Source of the DNA: Cytophagaceae bacterium
GTDB taxonomy: Bacteria > Bacteroidota > Bacteroidia > Cytophagales > UBA9547
Assembly (NCBI GenBank): GCA_027488865.1
Contig: JAIYAU010000058.1
Span: 2,724-66,723 of the forward strand
Reading direction: 5' to 3'
Length of the DNA stretch: 64,000 nt
The notes beneath the pieces are model-generated. The model made no database searches. It was not told the DNA's origin and saw only the letters and a list, made by a program, of their open reading frames with translations. A program made the position numbers and the translations under genes. Positions 24,291-31,679 of the stretch are shown one piece after another. Numbering within the stretch: the first letter of the stretch is position 1; each line of letters starts with the position of its first letter.

Positions 24291-26113
24291 GAGGGGGTAG
24301 TATATAACAAAATGGTACCAAATATCCCTACTGCCCGGCCTAATGTACTGGAGGTAAAGTTAACGGAATATATTATTTGTGTTGTGCCCGAGTTTTGAAC
24401 CGTCCAAGTCGCTCCACCATTGCTTGTTGTCAAGATGATTCCACCCCCCCCTACTGCCCAGCCTTGTGTAGCGGAGGTAAAGTATACAGAAAACAATAGC
24501 TCTGTTGTTCCAGCGCTCTGTGCTGTCCAAGTGATACCGCCATTGCTTGTAGTCAAAATAGTACCACTTAGTCCTACTGCCCAACCTTGGGTAGCGGAAG
24601 CAAAGTATGAATCGCGTAATGAGAGGGAGGTGCCGGAGGTTTGAGCCGTCCAAGTGATACCACCATTGCTCGTGGTCAAGATCGTACCTCCATCGCCAAC
24701 AATCCAGCCTTGCAAAGCGGAGGTGAAGTAAACAGATCGCAATGCTCGTGTGGTACCAAAGATTTGGGCCGTCCAAGTGGTACCGCCGTTGTTCGTAGTT
24801 AAGATAGTACCACCAGTCCCAACTGCCCAACCTTGTCTATCGGAGGTAAAGTACACAGAATACAAAAGTTCTGTAGTACCAGACGTTTGGACTGACCAAG
24901 TTACGCCGCCGTTGCTTGTAGCCAAGATCGTACCACCTTCCCCTACCACCCAACCTTGTGTCGCGGAAGTAAAGTAAACGGAAGTTAATGTTCGTATCGA
25001 ACCAACGGGTTGAGCGATCCAAGTGTTACCACCATCGGTCGTAGTAAATATCCCACCACCAGTTCCAATTTGCCCTACTGCCCAGCCTTGCGTAGCGGAT
25101 GTAAAGAAAACTGACTGTAGTGCCTGTGCGGTATTTAATATTTGGGCTGACCACGTTGTACCGCCATTGTTCGTAGTCAAGATTGTACCACTTCCTCCTA
25201 TTGCCCAGCCTTGCAAAGCGGAGGTAAAGTATACGGAATTTAAAATTTGAGTCGTACCCGAGGTCTGGGCAGTCCATGTGCCACCACTATTGCTTGTAGT
25301 CAGGATGGTACCATTACTCCCTACAGCCCAGCCTTGGGTAGTAGATGTAAAGTATATTGAATATAATGATTGCGTTGTACCAGAGGATTGAACTGTCCAC
25401 GTTATACCACCATTATTGGTAGATAAGATTGTACCATTTTCACCTACTGACCAACCTTGTGTAGCGGAGGTAAAATAAACGGACCTTAATACTTGTGTAG
25501 TACTAGAAATCTGGGCGGTCCATGTATTACCTCCATCGTTTGTAGTCAAGATTGTACCACCAGCCCCTACTGCATAGCCTTGTGTAGAAGAGATAAAGAA
25601 AACGGATAATAACGACTGTGTTGTACCTGAAGTCTGGGGTGTCCATGTCGTTCCTCCGTTGCTCGTTGTTAAGATTGTACCACCGACCCCTACTACCCAA
25701 CCTTGCGTTGCGGAGGTAAAATAAACGGAGCTTAATACTTGTATAGTACCAGAGATCTGGGAGGTCCACATATTTCCGCCACTGCTCGTGGTCAAGATTG
25801 TACCAGCATTCCCTACTATCCAGCCTTGCGTTGCAGAAGTAAAGTAAACGGAATTTAATGTTTCCGTTGTACCAGAGGTCCTAGCAGTCCACCTGGTTCC
25901 TCCATTGATTGTTGTCAAAATTGTACCGCCATCACCTACTGCCCAACCTTGGGTAACAGAGGTAAAAAAGGTACCCCTCATATCGCCAACAGCGCTAGAA
26001 GCACCAAATTCAACTGATTTCCATGTTTGGGAATAGGCTGCTATGCTCGTAATAAAGAGCAGGATTGCCCCCAGAATGGTGCTACTGAACTTTGAGAAGA
26101 TTATCTTTTTCAA
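22265..26113 (-). CDS. T9SS-secreted surface protein, paralog A: signal peptide, 14 Asp-box/Ycf48(BNR)-like propeller blades, cohesin-like domain, dockerin-like Ca-binding segment, second cohesin-like domain, Por C-terminal sorting domain
   Basis: 1282-aa ORF. Fourteen repeats of about 41 aa match SVYFTSATQGWAVGxxGTILTTxNGGxTWTxQxSGTTxxL. Further motifs: IALDFDLLYDDTKVTP, LLAADVNLDGRVTSGDAALI, GIDFAWDYDRSKFNVTG. C-terminus reads LSLYPNPATKTIYI...GVYFVKV...KVVVE. The start codon at the position homologous to the paralog B ATG is TTG. Confidence 0.8.
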   Translation of the reverse strand: MKKIIFSKFSSTILGAILLFITSIAAYSQTWKSVEFGASSAVGDMRGTFFTSVTQGWAVGDGGTILTTINGGTRWTARTSGTTETLNSVYFTSATQGWIVGNAGTILTTSSGGNMWTSQISGTIQVLSSVYFTSATQGWVVGVGGTILTTSNGGTTWTPQTSGTTQSLLSVFFISSTQGYAVGAGGTILTTNDGGNTWTAQISSTTQVLRSVYFTSATQGWSVGENGTILSTNNGGITWTVQSSGTTQSLYSIYFTSTTQGWAVGSNGTILTTSNSGGTWTAQTSGTTQILNSVYFTSALQGWAIGGSGTILTTNNGGTTWSAQILNTAQALQSVFFTSATQGWAVGQIGTGGGIFTTTDGGNTWIAQPVGSIRTLTSVYFTSATQGWVVGEGGTILATSNGGVTWSVQTSGTTELLYSVYFTSDRQGWAVGTGGTILTTNNGGTTWTAQIFGTTRALRSVYFTSALQGWIVGDGGTILTTSNGGITWTAQTSGTSLSLRDSYFASATQGWAVGLSGTILTTSNGGITWTAQSAGTTELLFSVYFTSATQGWAVGGGGIILTTSNGGATWTVQNSGTTQIIYSVNFTSSTLGRAVGIFGTILLYTTPSTWNGTTWSPSAPDAATDAIINGNYSTLDNGILTAKDLTINAGQTLTIASGTTLAVSGNLINNGKIIRCGTLTVTGTTSGTGTVETSKYKIDPQTVLCTPAGTFSVPVKTVGNIASGLIALDFDLLYDDTKVTPTGTATVGPVATTFATFDLNSSTPGKVGVGLYLNGAPANTFFSGDGVVINVNFRINTGVAPNQALSSFSTSDLIESKLFTSNVVCPVVPGAFNFTRAFNGQIQYRETATKKISGVTGQNPTTITPYSTTDATGTALASPSLDANGLFTVPDATLKSLTLSRDVLGDASVAFASCANITTVINAADRTTAAQIANGVVTAPTIFQLLAADVNLDGRVTSGDAALISSRGLNQYNCEFPQSWNYEADANGILSAKVPYAKSKDWLFVDATLLTTTPFTTATRFKVPAVPAYLPVSADLSTCGTTTVDQTYHAILLGDVNSSWLATNGTTLRTEKPSNVLVLSLKDISANDQYVAIPVSYESNGPSAGIDFAWDYDRSKFNVTGYDIAQPISHKMASMSNNVPSAQRLMATTYVLKDLVETKEPIAYIYLAKNSGTAITKDDFNSFVAVVNGEVSSLRVEESEAVTGVQDLETGSLSLYPNPATKTIYIQGLQGTANIEIHTATGQLQQSGTSNGSIDLSNLEKGVYFVKVSNPYSSKVHKVVVE
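24300..26000 (-). repeat. About 123-nt periodic coding repeat (14 propeller blades) in paralog A
   Basis: The blade consensus recurs every ~41 aa. It generates the many overlapping shadow ORFs listed in the track between 24.3 and 25.8 kb. Confidence 0.8.
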
Positions 26114-26188
26114 TAGATTAGGAAGAAATGAGTTAATCGAAATAATTAGGTTTTAGCTTAAATGATTTCTACTGCTGATAGAACCTAC

Positions 26189-26196
26189 CAAAATTA
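26189..26196 (-). promoter_or_regulatory. Candidate Bacteroidota -7 box (TAATTTTG on minus strand) for paralog A
   Basis: Matches TAnnTTTG and lies 76 nt upstream of the start codon. Paralog B has TAGTTTTG at the same 76-nt distance. No clear -33 TTG was seen. Confidence 0.35.
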
Positions 26197-26255
26197 AAGA
26201 AAAGTAGGATAATATTGGTCATGGGAAAGGGATTATTTTTACAGAAATTGAAAAG

Positions 26256-26388
26256 AGAATGATGAATTGATAATGGAGAATTGAGAATGGAGAATTGAGA
26301 ATGACGAATGATGAATTGATAATGGAGAATGGATAATTTTCAACTATCAATTGTTAATTTTCAATTATCAATTATCAACTATCAATTG
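26256..26388. repeat. About 12 tandem heptamers (K-G-A-K-A-A-T) followed by a block of roughly complementary ATTATCA-type heptamers; long imperfect palindrome between the two paralogs
   Basis: gagaat gatgaat tgataat ggagaat tgagaat ggagaat tgagaat gacgaat gatgaat tgataat ggagaat ggataat | ttcaactatcaattgttaattttcaattatcaattatcaactatcaattg. Confidence 0.7.
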
Positions 26389-26391
26389 TAT

Positions 26392-26428
26392 AAATCCCCA
26401 AAAGCCATTATCTGACCATTGGGGATTT
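26392..26428 (-). terminator. Hairpin AAATCCCCAA-loop-TTGGGGATTT downstream of the paralog B stop
   Basis: Perfect 10-bp arms at 26392-26401 and 26419-26428, 24 nt after the stop at 26452. The U-tail on the minus strand is weak. Confidence 0.5.
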
Positions 26429-26441
26429 TACTTTAAACCTT

Positions 26442-28477
26442 ATTCCTTAACTTACTCTACCACTACTTTGTGCACTTTGCTGCTGTAGGGGTTGGATACT
26501 TTCACGAAGTATACGCCTTTCTCCAAGTTGCTTAGGTCGATGCTGCCGTTGCTGGTACCTGACTGCTGTAACTGGCCTGTCGCAGTGTGTATCTCGATGT
26601 TTGCTGTGCCTTGCAAGCCTTGGATGTAGATGGTCTTAGAAGCTGGGTTAGGATATAGTGATAGGCTTCCTGTTTCTAAATCTTGAACTCCTGTTACTGC
26701 TTCGCTCTCTTCTACTCTTAAGCTACTTACCTCTCCGTTTACTACAGCTAATAAGCTATTGAAATCGTCTTTGGTGATAGCCGTTCCGCTGTTCTTGGCC
26801 AAGTAGATGTAGGCAATTGGTTCTTTGGTTTCTACGAGGTCTTTTAATACGTACGTAGTGGCCATCAATCGTTGTGCGGATGGTACATTGTTGCTCAAGC
26901 TGGCCATTTTATTACTGATCGGCTGTGCGATGTCGTAACCTGTTACGTTGAACTTGCTTCTGTCATAGTCCCAAGCGAAGTCGATACCTGCACTTGGTCC
27001 GTTGCTCTCATAAGAAACTGGGATGGCCACGTATTGGTCGTTTGCTGAAATGTCTTTTAAGGACAATACCAACACATTAGAAGGTTTTTCTGTACGCAAG
27101 GTGGCTCCGTTGGTAGCAAGCCATGAGCTGTTTACATCTCCCAACAAAACGGCATGGTAAGTTTGATCCACTGTAGTAGTTCCGCAGGTGCTCAAGTCTG
27201 CTGATACAGGAAGGTAAGCAGGAACTGCTGGAACTTTAAATCTAGTAGCCGTGGTAAATGGTGTGGTGGCCAACAATGTTGCGTCTACAAACAACCAGTC
27301 TTTTGACTTGGCATAAGGTACTTTGGCACTTAGGATGCCGTTTGCATCTGCTTCGTAGTTCCATGATTGTGGGAACTCGCAGTTGTATTGGTTTAAGCCA
27401 CGGGAAGAGATAAGTGCAGCATCTCCAGATGTTACTCTGCCATCGAGGTTCACGTCTGCTGCCAACAATTGGAAGATGGTCGGAGCAGTCACGACGCCGT
27501 TGGCGATTTGTGCAGCGGTCGTTCTGTCTGCGGCATTTATCACTGTGGTGATGTTGGCACAACTGGCAAAGGCCACGCTGGCATCACCCAATACATCACG
27601 GCTGAAGGTGAGGGACTTCAAAGTAGCATCTGGAACGGTAAACAGGCCATTGGCATCTAGTGAAGGGCTTGTCAATGCTATTCCTGTCGCATCGGTCGTG
27701 CTATAAGGGGTAATGGTGGTTGGGTTTTGCCCAGTTACACCGCTGATCTTCTTTGTAGCTGTTTCTCTGTATTGTATTTGACCATTAAAGGCTCTGGTAA
27801 AGTTGAAGGCACCTGGCACTACAGGGCAAACGACATTGGAAGTAAACAGTTTACTCTCGATCAGGTCTGAGGTGCTGAAGCTAGAAAGGGCTTGGTTGGG
27901 TGCTACACCTGTGTTGATTCTGAAATTGACATTGATTACCACTCCATCACCGCTGAAGAAGGTGTTAGCTGGAGCACCATTAAGGTACAAGCCAATACCT
28001 ACTTTGCCAGGCGTGCTGCTGTTAAGATCGAAAGTAGCAAAGGTGGTAGCTACTGGACCTACTGTGGCGGTGCCTGTTGGTGTTACCTTGGTGTCATCAT
28101 ACAATAGGTCAAAATCAAGAGCGATCAAGCCTGAGGAGATGTTGCCTACTGTTTTTACAGGAACGCTAAAGGTACCTGCTGGGGTACAAAGGACGGTTTG
28201 TGGATCTATTTTGTATTTAGAGGTCTCTACTGTGCCTGTGCCTGAGGTGGTGCCTGTTACTGTCAAAGTGCCACAACGGATGATTTTTCCGTTGTTTATC
28301 AAGTTGCCAGAGACAGCTAGTGTTGTGCCAGAAGCAATCGTTAGTGTTTGACCGGCATTGATGGTGAGGTCTTTGGCAGTAAAGATGCCGTTTTCTAGGG
28401 TACTATAATTGCCGTTGATGATTGCATTGGTAGTGGCATCTGGGGCTGAAGGGCTCCAGGTGGTGCCGTTCCAGGTG
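26442..28477 (-). repeat. About 2.0-kb block roughly 95% identical to 22255-24290; this is the 3' coding half of paralog B
   Basis: Same comparison as for 22255-24290. Identity drops sharply upstream of ~28480 at the propeller boundary. Confidence 0.8.
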
Positions 28478-30324
28478 GAGGGGGGTGGCGGGGCGTCATA
28501 CAACAAGATGGTGCCAATATCACCTACTGCCCAACTTCGAGTAGGAGATGTAGAGTAAACGGAATACAAGTTTCGGGTTGTGCCTGAATTTTGAACTGTC
28601 CAAGTGGTACCGCCATTGCTTGTAGTCAAGATCGTACCACTACCCCCTACTGCCCATCCTTGGGTAAAAGAGGTGAAGTAAACGGATAATAAAACTTGTG
28701 ACGTAAGGGATGTTTGGGCCGTCCATGTGGTTCCTCCATTGCTTGTAGTCAAGATCGTACCACTATTACCTACTACCCAACCTTGCGTAGCAGAGATGAA
28801 GTAAACAGACCTTAGTATTTGTGTCGTTCCTGATGTTTGGGCTGTCCAAGTTGCACCTCCGTTGTTTGTAGATAAGATTGTACCACCAACACCCGCCGCC
28901 CAGCCTTGGGTGGCGGAAGTAAAATAAACGGAATTTAAATTATTTGTCGTGCCCGAGGTTTGGGCGGTCCAGGTAATACCGCCATTGCTTGTTGTCAAGA
29001 TTGTACCTCCATCTCCGACCGCCCAGCCTTTTGTAGAGGAGGTAAGGTAAACTGAAGCTAATCTTTGAGTCGTACCAGAAATCTGAGTGTTCCATGTTAC
29101 ACCGCCATTGGTTGTTGTCAAAATAGTACCCCCATTCCCCACAACCCAACCTTGGGTAGCGGAAGTAAAATTAACAGAATTTAAGTGTTGCGTCGTGCCA
29201 GATATCTGGGGAGTCCACACAGTACCTCCATTGCTTGTTACCAAGATAGTGCCAGCACTCCCTACTACCCAACCTTGAGTAGCGGAGGTAAAATAAACCG
29301 ATAATAAAAACTGTGATGAACCAAAGAGCTGGGCCGTCCATGTGGCACCAGCATTACTAGTAGTCAAAGTGATACCACCATCCCCAACTGCCCAGCCTTG
29401 TGTGGGGGAGGTAAAGTAAACGGAATATAGAATCTGTTTGGTGCCCGAGGTTTGGGAAGTCCAAGTGGCACCGCCATTGTTTGTGGTCAAAATGGTACCA
29501 TCACCCCCTACTGCCCAGCCTTGTGAAGCACTAGTAAATTTAATGGAATATAATCCGAGTGTTGCAGCCGAGGTCTGGACTGACCAAGTGGCACCACCAT
29601 TATTCGTAGTTAAGATTTCATTACCAAGTGATACCGCCCATCCTTGTGTAGCGGAGTTAAAGTATACGGAGCTTAGTTCTTGATACGTACCAGAAGTTTG
29701 GGCAGTCCAAGTAGTACCACTATTGCTAGTTGTTAAGATAGTTCCACCCTGTCCAACAGCCCATCCTTGCGTAGCAGAAGTAAAGTAAACAGAAGATAAG
29801 TTTTGTGTCGTACCCGAAGTTTGTGCTGTCCAAGTAGCACCACCATTGATAGTAGTCAAAATTGCACTAAACTTACCCAACATCCAGTCGCCATCCCCAA
29901 CTACCCAGCCCTGTGTAGCAGAGGTAAAGTAAACGGAGGATAACGTTTGAGTCGTACCAGAGGCTTGAGCCGTCCACGTGATACCACCATTGCTCGTAGT
30001 CCTGATAATACCATTAACCCCAACTGCCCAGCCTTGCGTAGAAGAGGTAAAAAAAACGGAATTTAATGTTTGATTTGTACCAGAGGTTTGAGCTGTCCAC
30101 GTGATACCACCATTGTTCGTAGTCCTGATAATACCATTAACCCCAACCGCCCAACCTTGCGAAGGTGAGATAAAAAAGGTTTCCCTCATGCTTTGATTAT
30201 TATAATTGCCGCCTAATTCGAGGGGTGTTTTCCACGTTTGAGCATTGGCTCCCATGCTGGTAATGAAAAGCAAGGCCATCCCGAGAATAGCGCTGCTGAG
30301 TTTTGAGAAAATTGTCTTTTTCAT
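26452..30324 (-). CDS. T9SS-secreted surface protein, paralog B, with the same architecture as paralog A
   Basis: 1290-aa ORF with an ATG start and signal peptide MKKTIFSKLSSAILGMALLFITSMGANA. It has 14 blades, cohesin-like/dockerin-like motifs identical to paralog A, and the same Por CTD. Confidence 0.85.
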   Translation of the reverse strand: MKKTIFSKLSSAILGMALLFITSMGANAQTWKTPLELGGNYNNQSMRETFFISPSQGWAVGVNGIIRTTNNGGITWTAQTSGTNQTLNSVFFTSSTQGWAVGVNGIIRTTSNGGITWTAQASGTTQTLSSVYFTSATQGWVVGDGDWMLGKFSAILTTINGGATWTAQTSGTTQNLSSVYFTSATQGWAVGQGGTILTTSNSGTTWTAQTSGTYQELSSVYFNSATQGWAVSLGNEILTTNNGGATWSVQTSAATLGLYSIKFTSASQGWAVGGDGTILTTNNGGATWTSQTSGTKQILYSVYFTSPTQGWAVGDGGITLTTSNAGATWTAQLFGSSQFLLSVYFTSATQGWVVGSAGTILVTSNGGTVWTPQISGTTQHLNSVNFTSATQGWVVGNGGTILTTTNGGVTWNTQISGTTQRLASVYLTSSTKGWAVGDGGTILTTSNGGITWTAQTSGTTNNLNSVYFTSATQGWAAGVGGTILSTNNGGATWTAQTSGTTQILRSVYFISATQGWVVGNSGTILTTSNGGTTWTAQTSLTSQVLLSVYFTSFTQGWAVGGSGTILTTSNGGTTWTVQNSGTTRNLYSVYSTSPTRSWAVGDIGTILLYDAPPPPSTWNGTTWSPSAPDATTNAIINGNYSTLENGIFTAKDLTINAGQTLTIASGTTLAVSGNLINNGKIIRCGTLTVTGTTSGTGTVETSKYKIDPQTVLCTPAGTFSVPVKTVGNISSGLIALDFDLLYDDTKVTPTGTATVGPVATTFATFDLNSSTPGKVGIGLYLNGAPANTFFSGDGVVINVNFRINTGVAPNQALSSFSTSDLIESKLFTSNVVCPVVPGAFNFTRAFNGQIQYRETATKKISGVTGQNPTTITPYSTTDATGIALTSPSLDANGLFTVPDATLKSLTFSRDVLGDASVAFASCANITTVINAADRTTAAQIANGVVTAPTIFQLLAADVNLDGRVTSGDAALISSRGLNQYNCEFPQSWNYEADANGILSAKVPYAKSKDWLFVDATLLATTPFTTATRFKVPAVPAYLPVSADLSTCGTTTVDQTYHAVLLGDVNSSWLATNGATLRTEKPSNVLVLSLKDISANDQYVAIPVSYESNGPSAGIDFAWDYDRSKFNVTGYDIAQPISNKMASLSNNVPSAQRLMATTYVLKDLVETKEPIAYIYLAKNSGTAITKDDFNSLLAVVNGEVSSLRVEESEAVTGVQDLETGSLSLYPNPASKTIYIQGLQGTANIEIHTATGQLQQSGTSNGSIDLSNLEKGVYFVKVSNPYSSKVHKVVVE
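28490..30190 (-). repeat. About 123-nt periodic coding repeat (14 propeller blades) in paralog B
   Basis: The blade consensus recurs every ~41 aa. Confidence 0.8.
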
Positions 30325-30399
30325 TAGATTAAGAAGAAAAGAATTGATTGAAAGAATGAGTTTTTAGTTTAAGTGATTCCAATTGCTGATAAAATCTAT

Positions 30400-30407
30400 C
30401 AAAACTA
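30400..30407 (-). promoter_or_regulatory. Candidate -7 box (TAGTTTTG on minus strand) for paralog B
   Basis: Matches TAnnTTTG, 76 nt upstream of the ATG at 30324. Its position is conserved with paralog A inside ~150 nt of homologous upstream sequence. Confidence 0.35.
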
Positions 30408-30500
30408 AAGAAATTAGGATAATCTTGGTAATGGAAAAGGGATTATTTTTGTAGAAATTGAAAAGTTATAATTGCGTGTTGGATAAGTGCAATATTTTTT

Positions 30501-30621
30501 GTCTGAACTATGATTTTTTTGATTTAGGTGATGGATTTGATGTTGATGACTAAGTGAAAAGGTGATTTGTAAATGTGAAATGAGAATCATGGTCATCAAT
30601 CATGCGAATCATAGTTCAGAC
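30501..30621. repeat. 121-bp element bounded by perfect 15-bp terminal inverted repeats (MITE-like or REP-like hairpin); its left end is the 32-nt repeat shared with 22149-22180
   Basis: gtctgaactatgatt (30501-30515) pairs with aatcatagttcagac (30607-30621). The interior is made of tgatt/aatca-type short repeats. Confidence 0.6.
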
Positions 30622-30661
30622 AATTTGAATACTCGGTCTGACCCTAGGGGGTACCGACTGG

Positions 30662-30708
30662 TACAAAAAACAAAATCCCCAAAGGCCATTTACTGACCTT
30701 GGGGATTT
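30662..30708 (-). terminator. Rho-independent terminator of the 189-aa gene
   Basis: Arms AAATCCCCAA (30673-30682) and TTGGGGATTT (30699-30708). On the minus strand the hairpin is followed by TTTTGTTTTTTG. Confidence 0.75.
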
Positions 30709-30733
30709 ACGTTAAACTTTGAACCTTGACCTG

Positions 30734-31303
30734 TTAAGCCAATTCTTGTTCTCTGGTGGTTTTATTGCCAGGGCGATCTGTGGCTGTTACCTCAAGCTTG
30801 CTGCCAACTACATTGGTATTGGCCACTGTGGCCAAGAATACCCATTCTATGCCATTTTCTTCGGGCAAGGCAAGGCCGGTCTCTAACAAGGTGCCATCGG
30901 CGTTGAAGATACTTACTCTCACCGACATTACCTCAAAATCATCTACTGCTCGCACGGTGATAGCGTCCCCTACTTTGCCGCTGTAACCAACAGCATCAAT
31001 ATAGGAAACCACGGGCTTGCTGAGGTAGTCGCCCACAGCGGCTTGGTAAGCATTGTTACTGCCTTGTCGGTTACCCAGTTCTTGGTACTCAGCCCTCAGC
31101 ACAATGTCCTTTAAGATACGCTTGCCATATAAAGTGGCTTCCTTAAACCGGACTTGAGCCTCTTGTTGTTTTAAGGTGAACCCTGCCCTTCTCTTTGGAT
31201 TTACATAGAGAACGGTATTACCCCTTTGGCTACGAAATACCATGTCGTGACTTACTTTACCGCTAATCCCTCTTGTGAAATTGTTTTCTTTTACGATACC
31301 CAT
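30734..31303 (-). CDS. Hypothetical 189-aa protein: basic N-terminal half and an Ig-like beta-sandwich-looking C-terminal half; divergent from the WYL regulator gene
   Basis: Clean ATG ORF with its own terminator and no signal peptide. The family was not recognised with confidence. Confidence 0.6.
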   Translation of the reverse strand: MGIVKENNFTRGISGKVSHDMVFRSQRGNTVLYVNPKRRAGFTLKQQEAQVRFKEATLYGKRILKDIVLRAEYQELGNRQGSNNAYQAAVGDYLSKPVVSYIDAVGYSGKVGDAITVRAVDDFEVMSVRVSIFNADGTLLETGLALPEENGIEWVFLATVANTNVVGSKLEVTATDRPGNKTTREQELA

Positions 31304-31318
31304 TGTTTTATGATTTTA

Positions 31319-31382
31319 GTTAATTGTGAAATTGTAAATTGTTAATTGTTAATAGTAAATTGCTAATAGTAAATTGTTAATT
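31319..31382. repeat. Nine tandem heptamers (GTTAATT/GTAAATT type) starting 16 nt upstream of the 189-aa gene start
   Basis: gttaatt gtgaaatt gtaaatt gttaatt gttaata gtaaatt gctaata gtaaatt gttaatt. Confidence 0.75.
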
Positions 31383-31459
31383 GGTGCGTCCCTGATTTGA
31401 TTGCTTGTTCTCTTTTTCATTGTTGTGTTTCGTTGTTGTTGATGCAAAAGTATGGCAGC

Positions 31460-31482
31460 ACAGTGCAACCAGTGTGCACTGT
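31460..31482. promoter_or_regulatory. Perfect 8-7-8 palindrome ACAGTGCA-N7-TGCACTGT in the divergent intergenic region; candidate operator
   Basis: Arms at 31460-31467 and 31475-31482, followed by A8. The A/T run is on the wrong side of the hairpin for a terminator on either strand. Confidence 0.4.
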
Positions 31483-31679
31483 AAAAAAAAGTGAAAAATA
31501 TTTTTTTGGTTGAAATGTGACCTGTAAAAATCCTTGTTATAATTCTTAAGTTTTTATTTTTTGGTCTTAACTACTACTGTTTCAAAATTCCTTGACATGG
31601 TCATAAGGCAATGATGGGTTGGGGATGGATCGGAAGCTTCTTTACATGTCCTTTGCCAACAACATGCTTAACCCAAGAA

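Noticed and set aside
23196-29683. Many overlapping ORFs (60-200 aa) on both strands inside the two paralogs, some Trp/Arg-rich and mutually similar
   Set aside because: They are generated by the 123-nt blade periodicity and the elevated GC of the real genes. All are nested within the long ORFs, which have a clear signal peptide, domains and a CTD.
24300-30190. Regular ~123-nt repeats that could superficially resemble a CRISPR-like array
   Set aside because: The repeats are contiguous, with no unique spacers. They are in frame and encode propeller blades inside long ORFs.
30414-30599. 61-aa minus-strand ORF (MMTMILISHLQ...)
   Set aside because: It is the translation of the tgatt/aatca-repeat interior of the 121-bp inverted-repeat element. 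It is not a gene.
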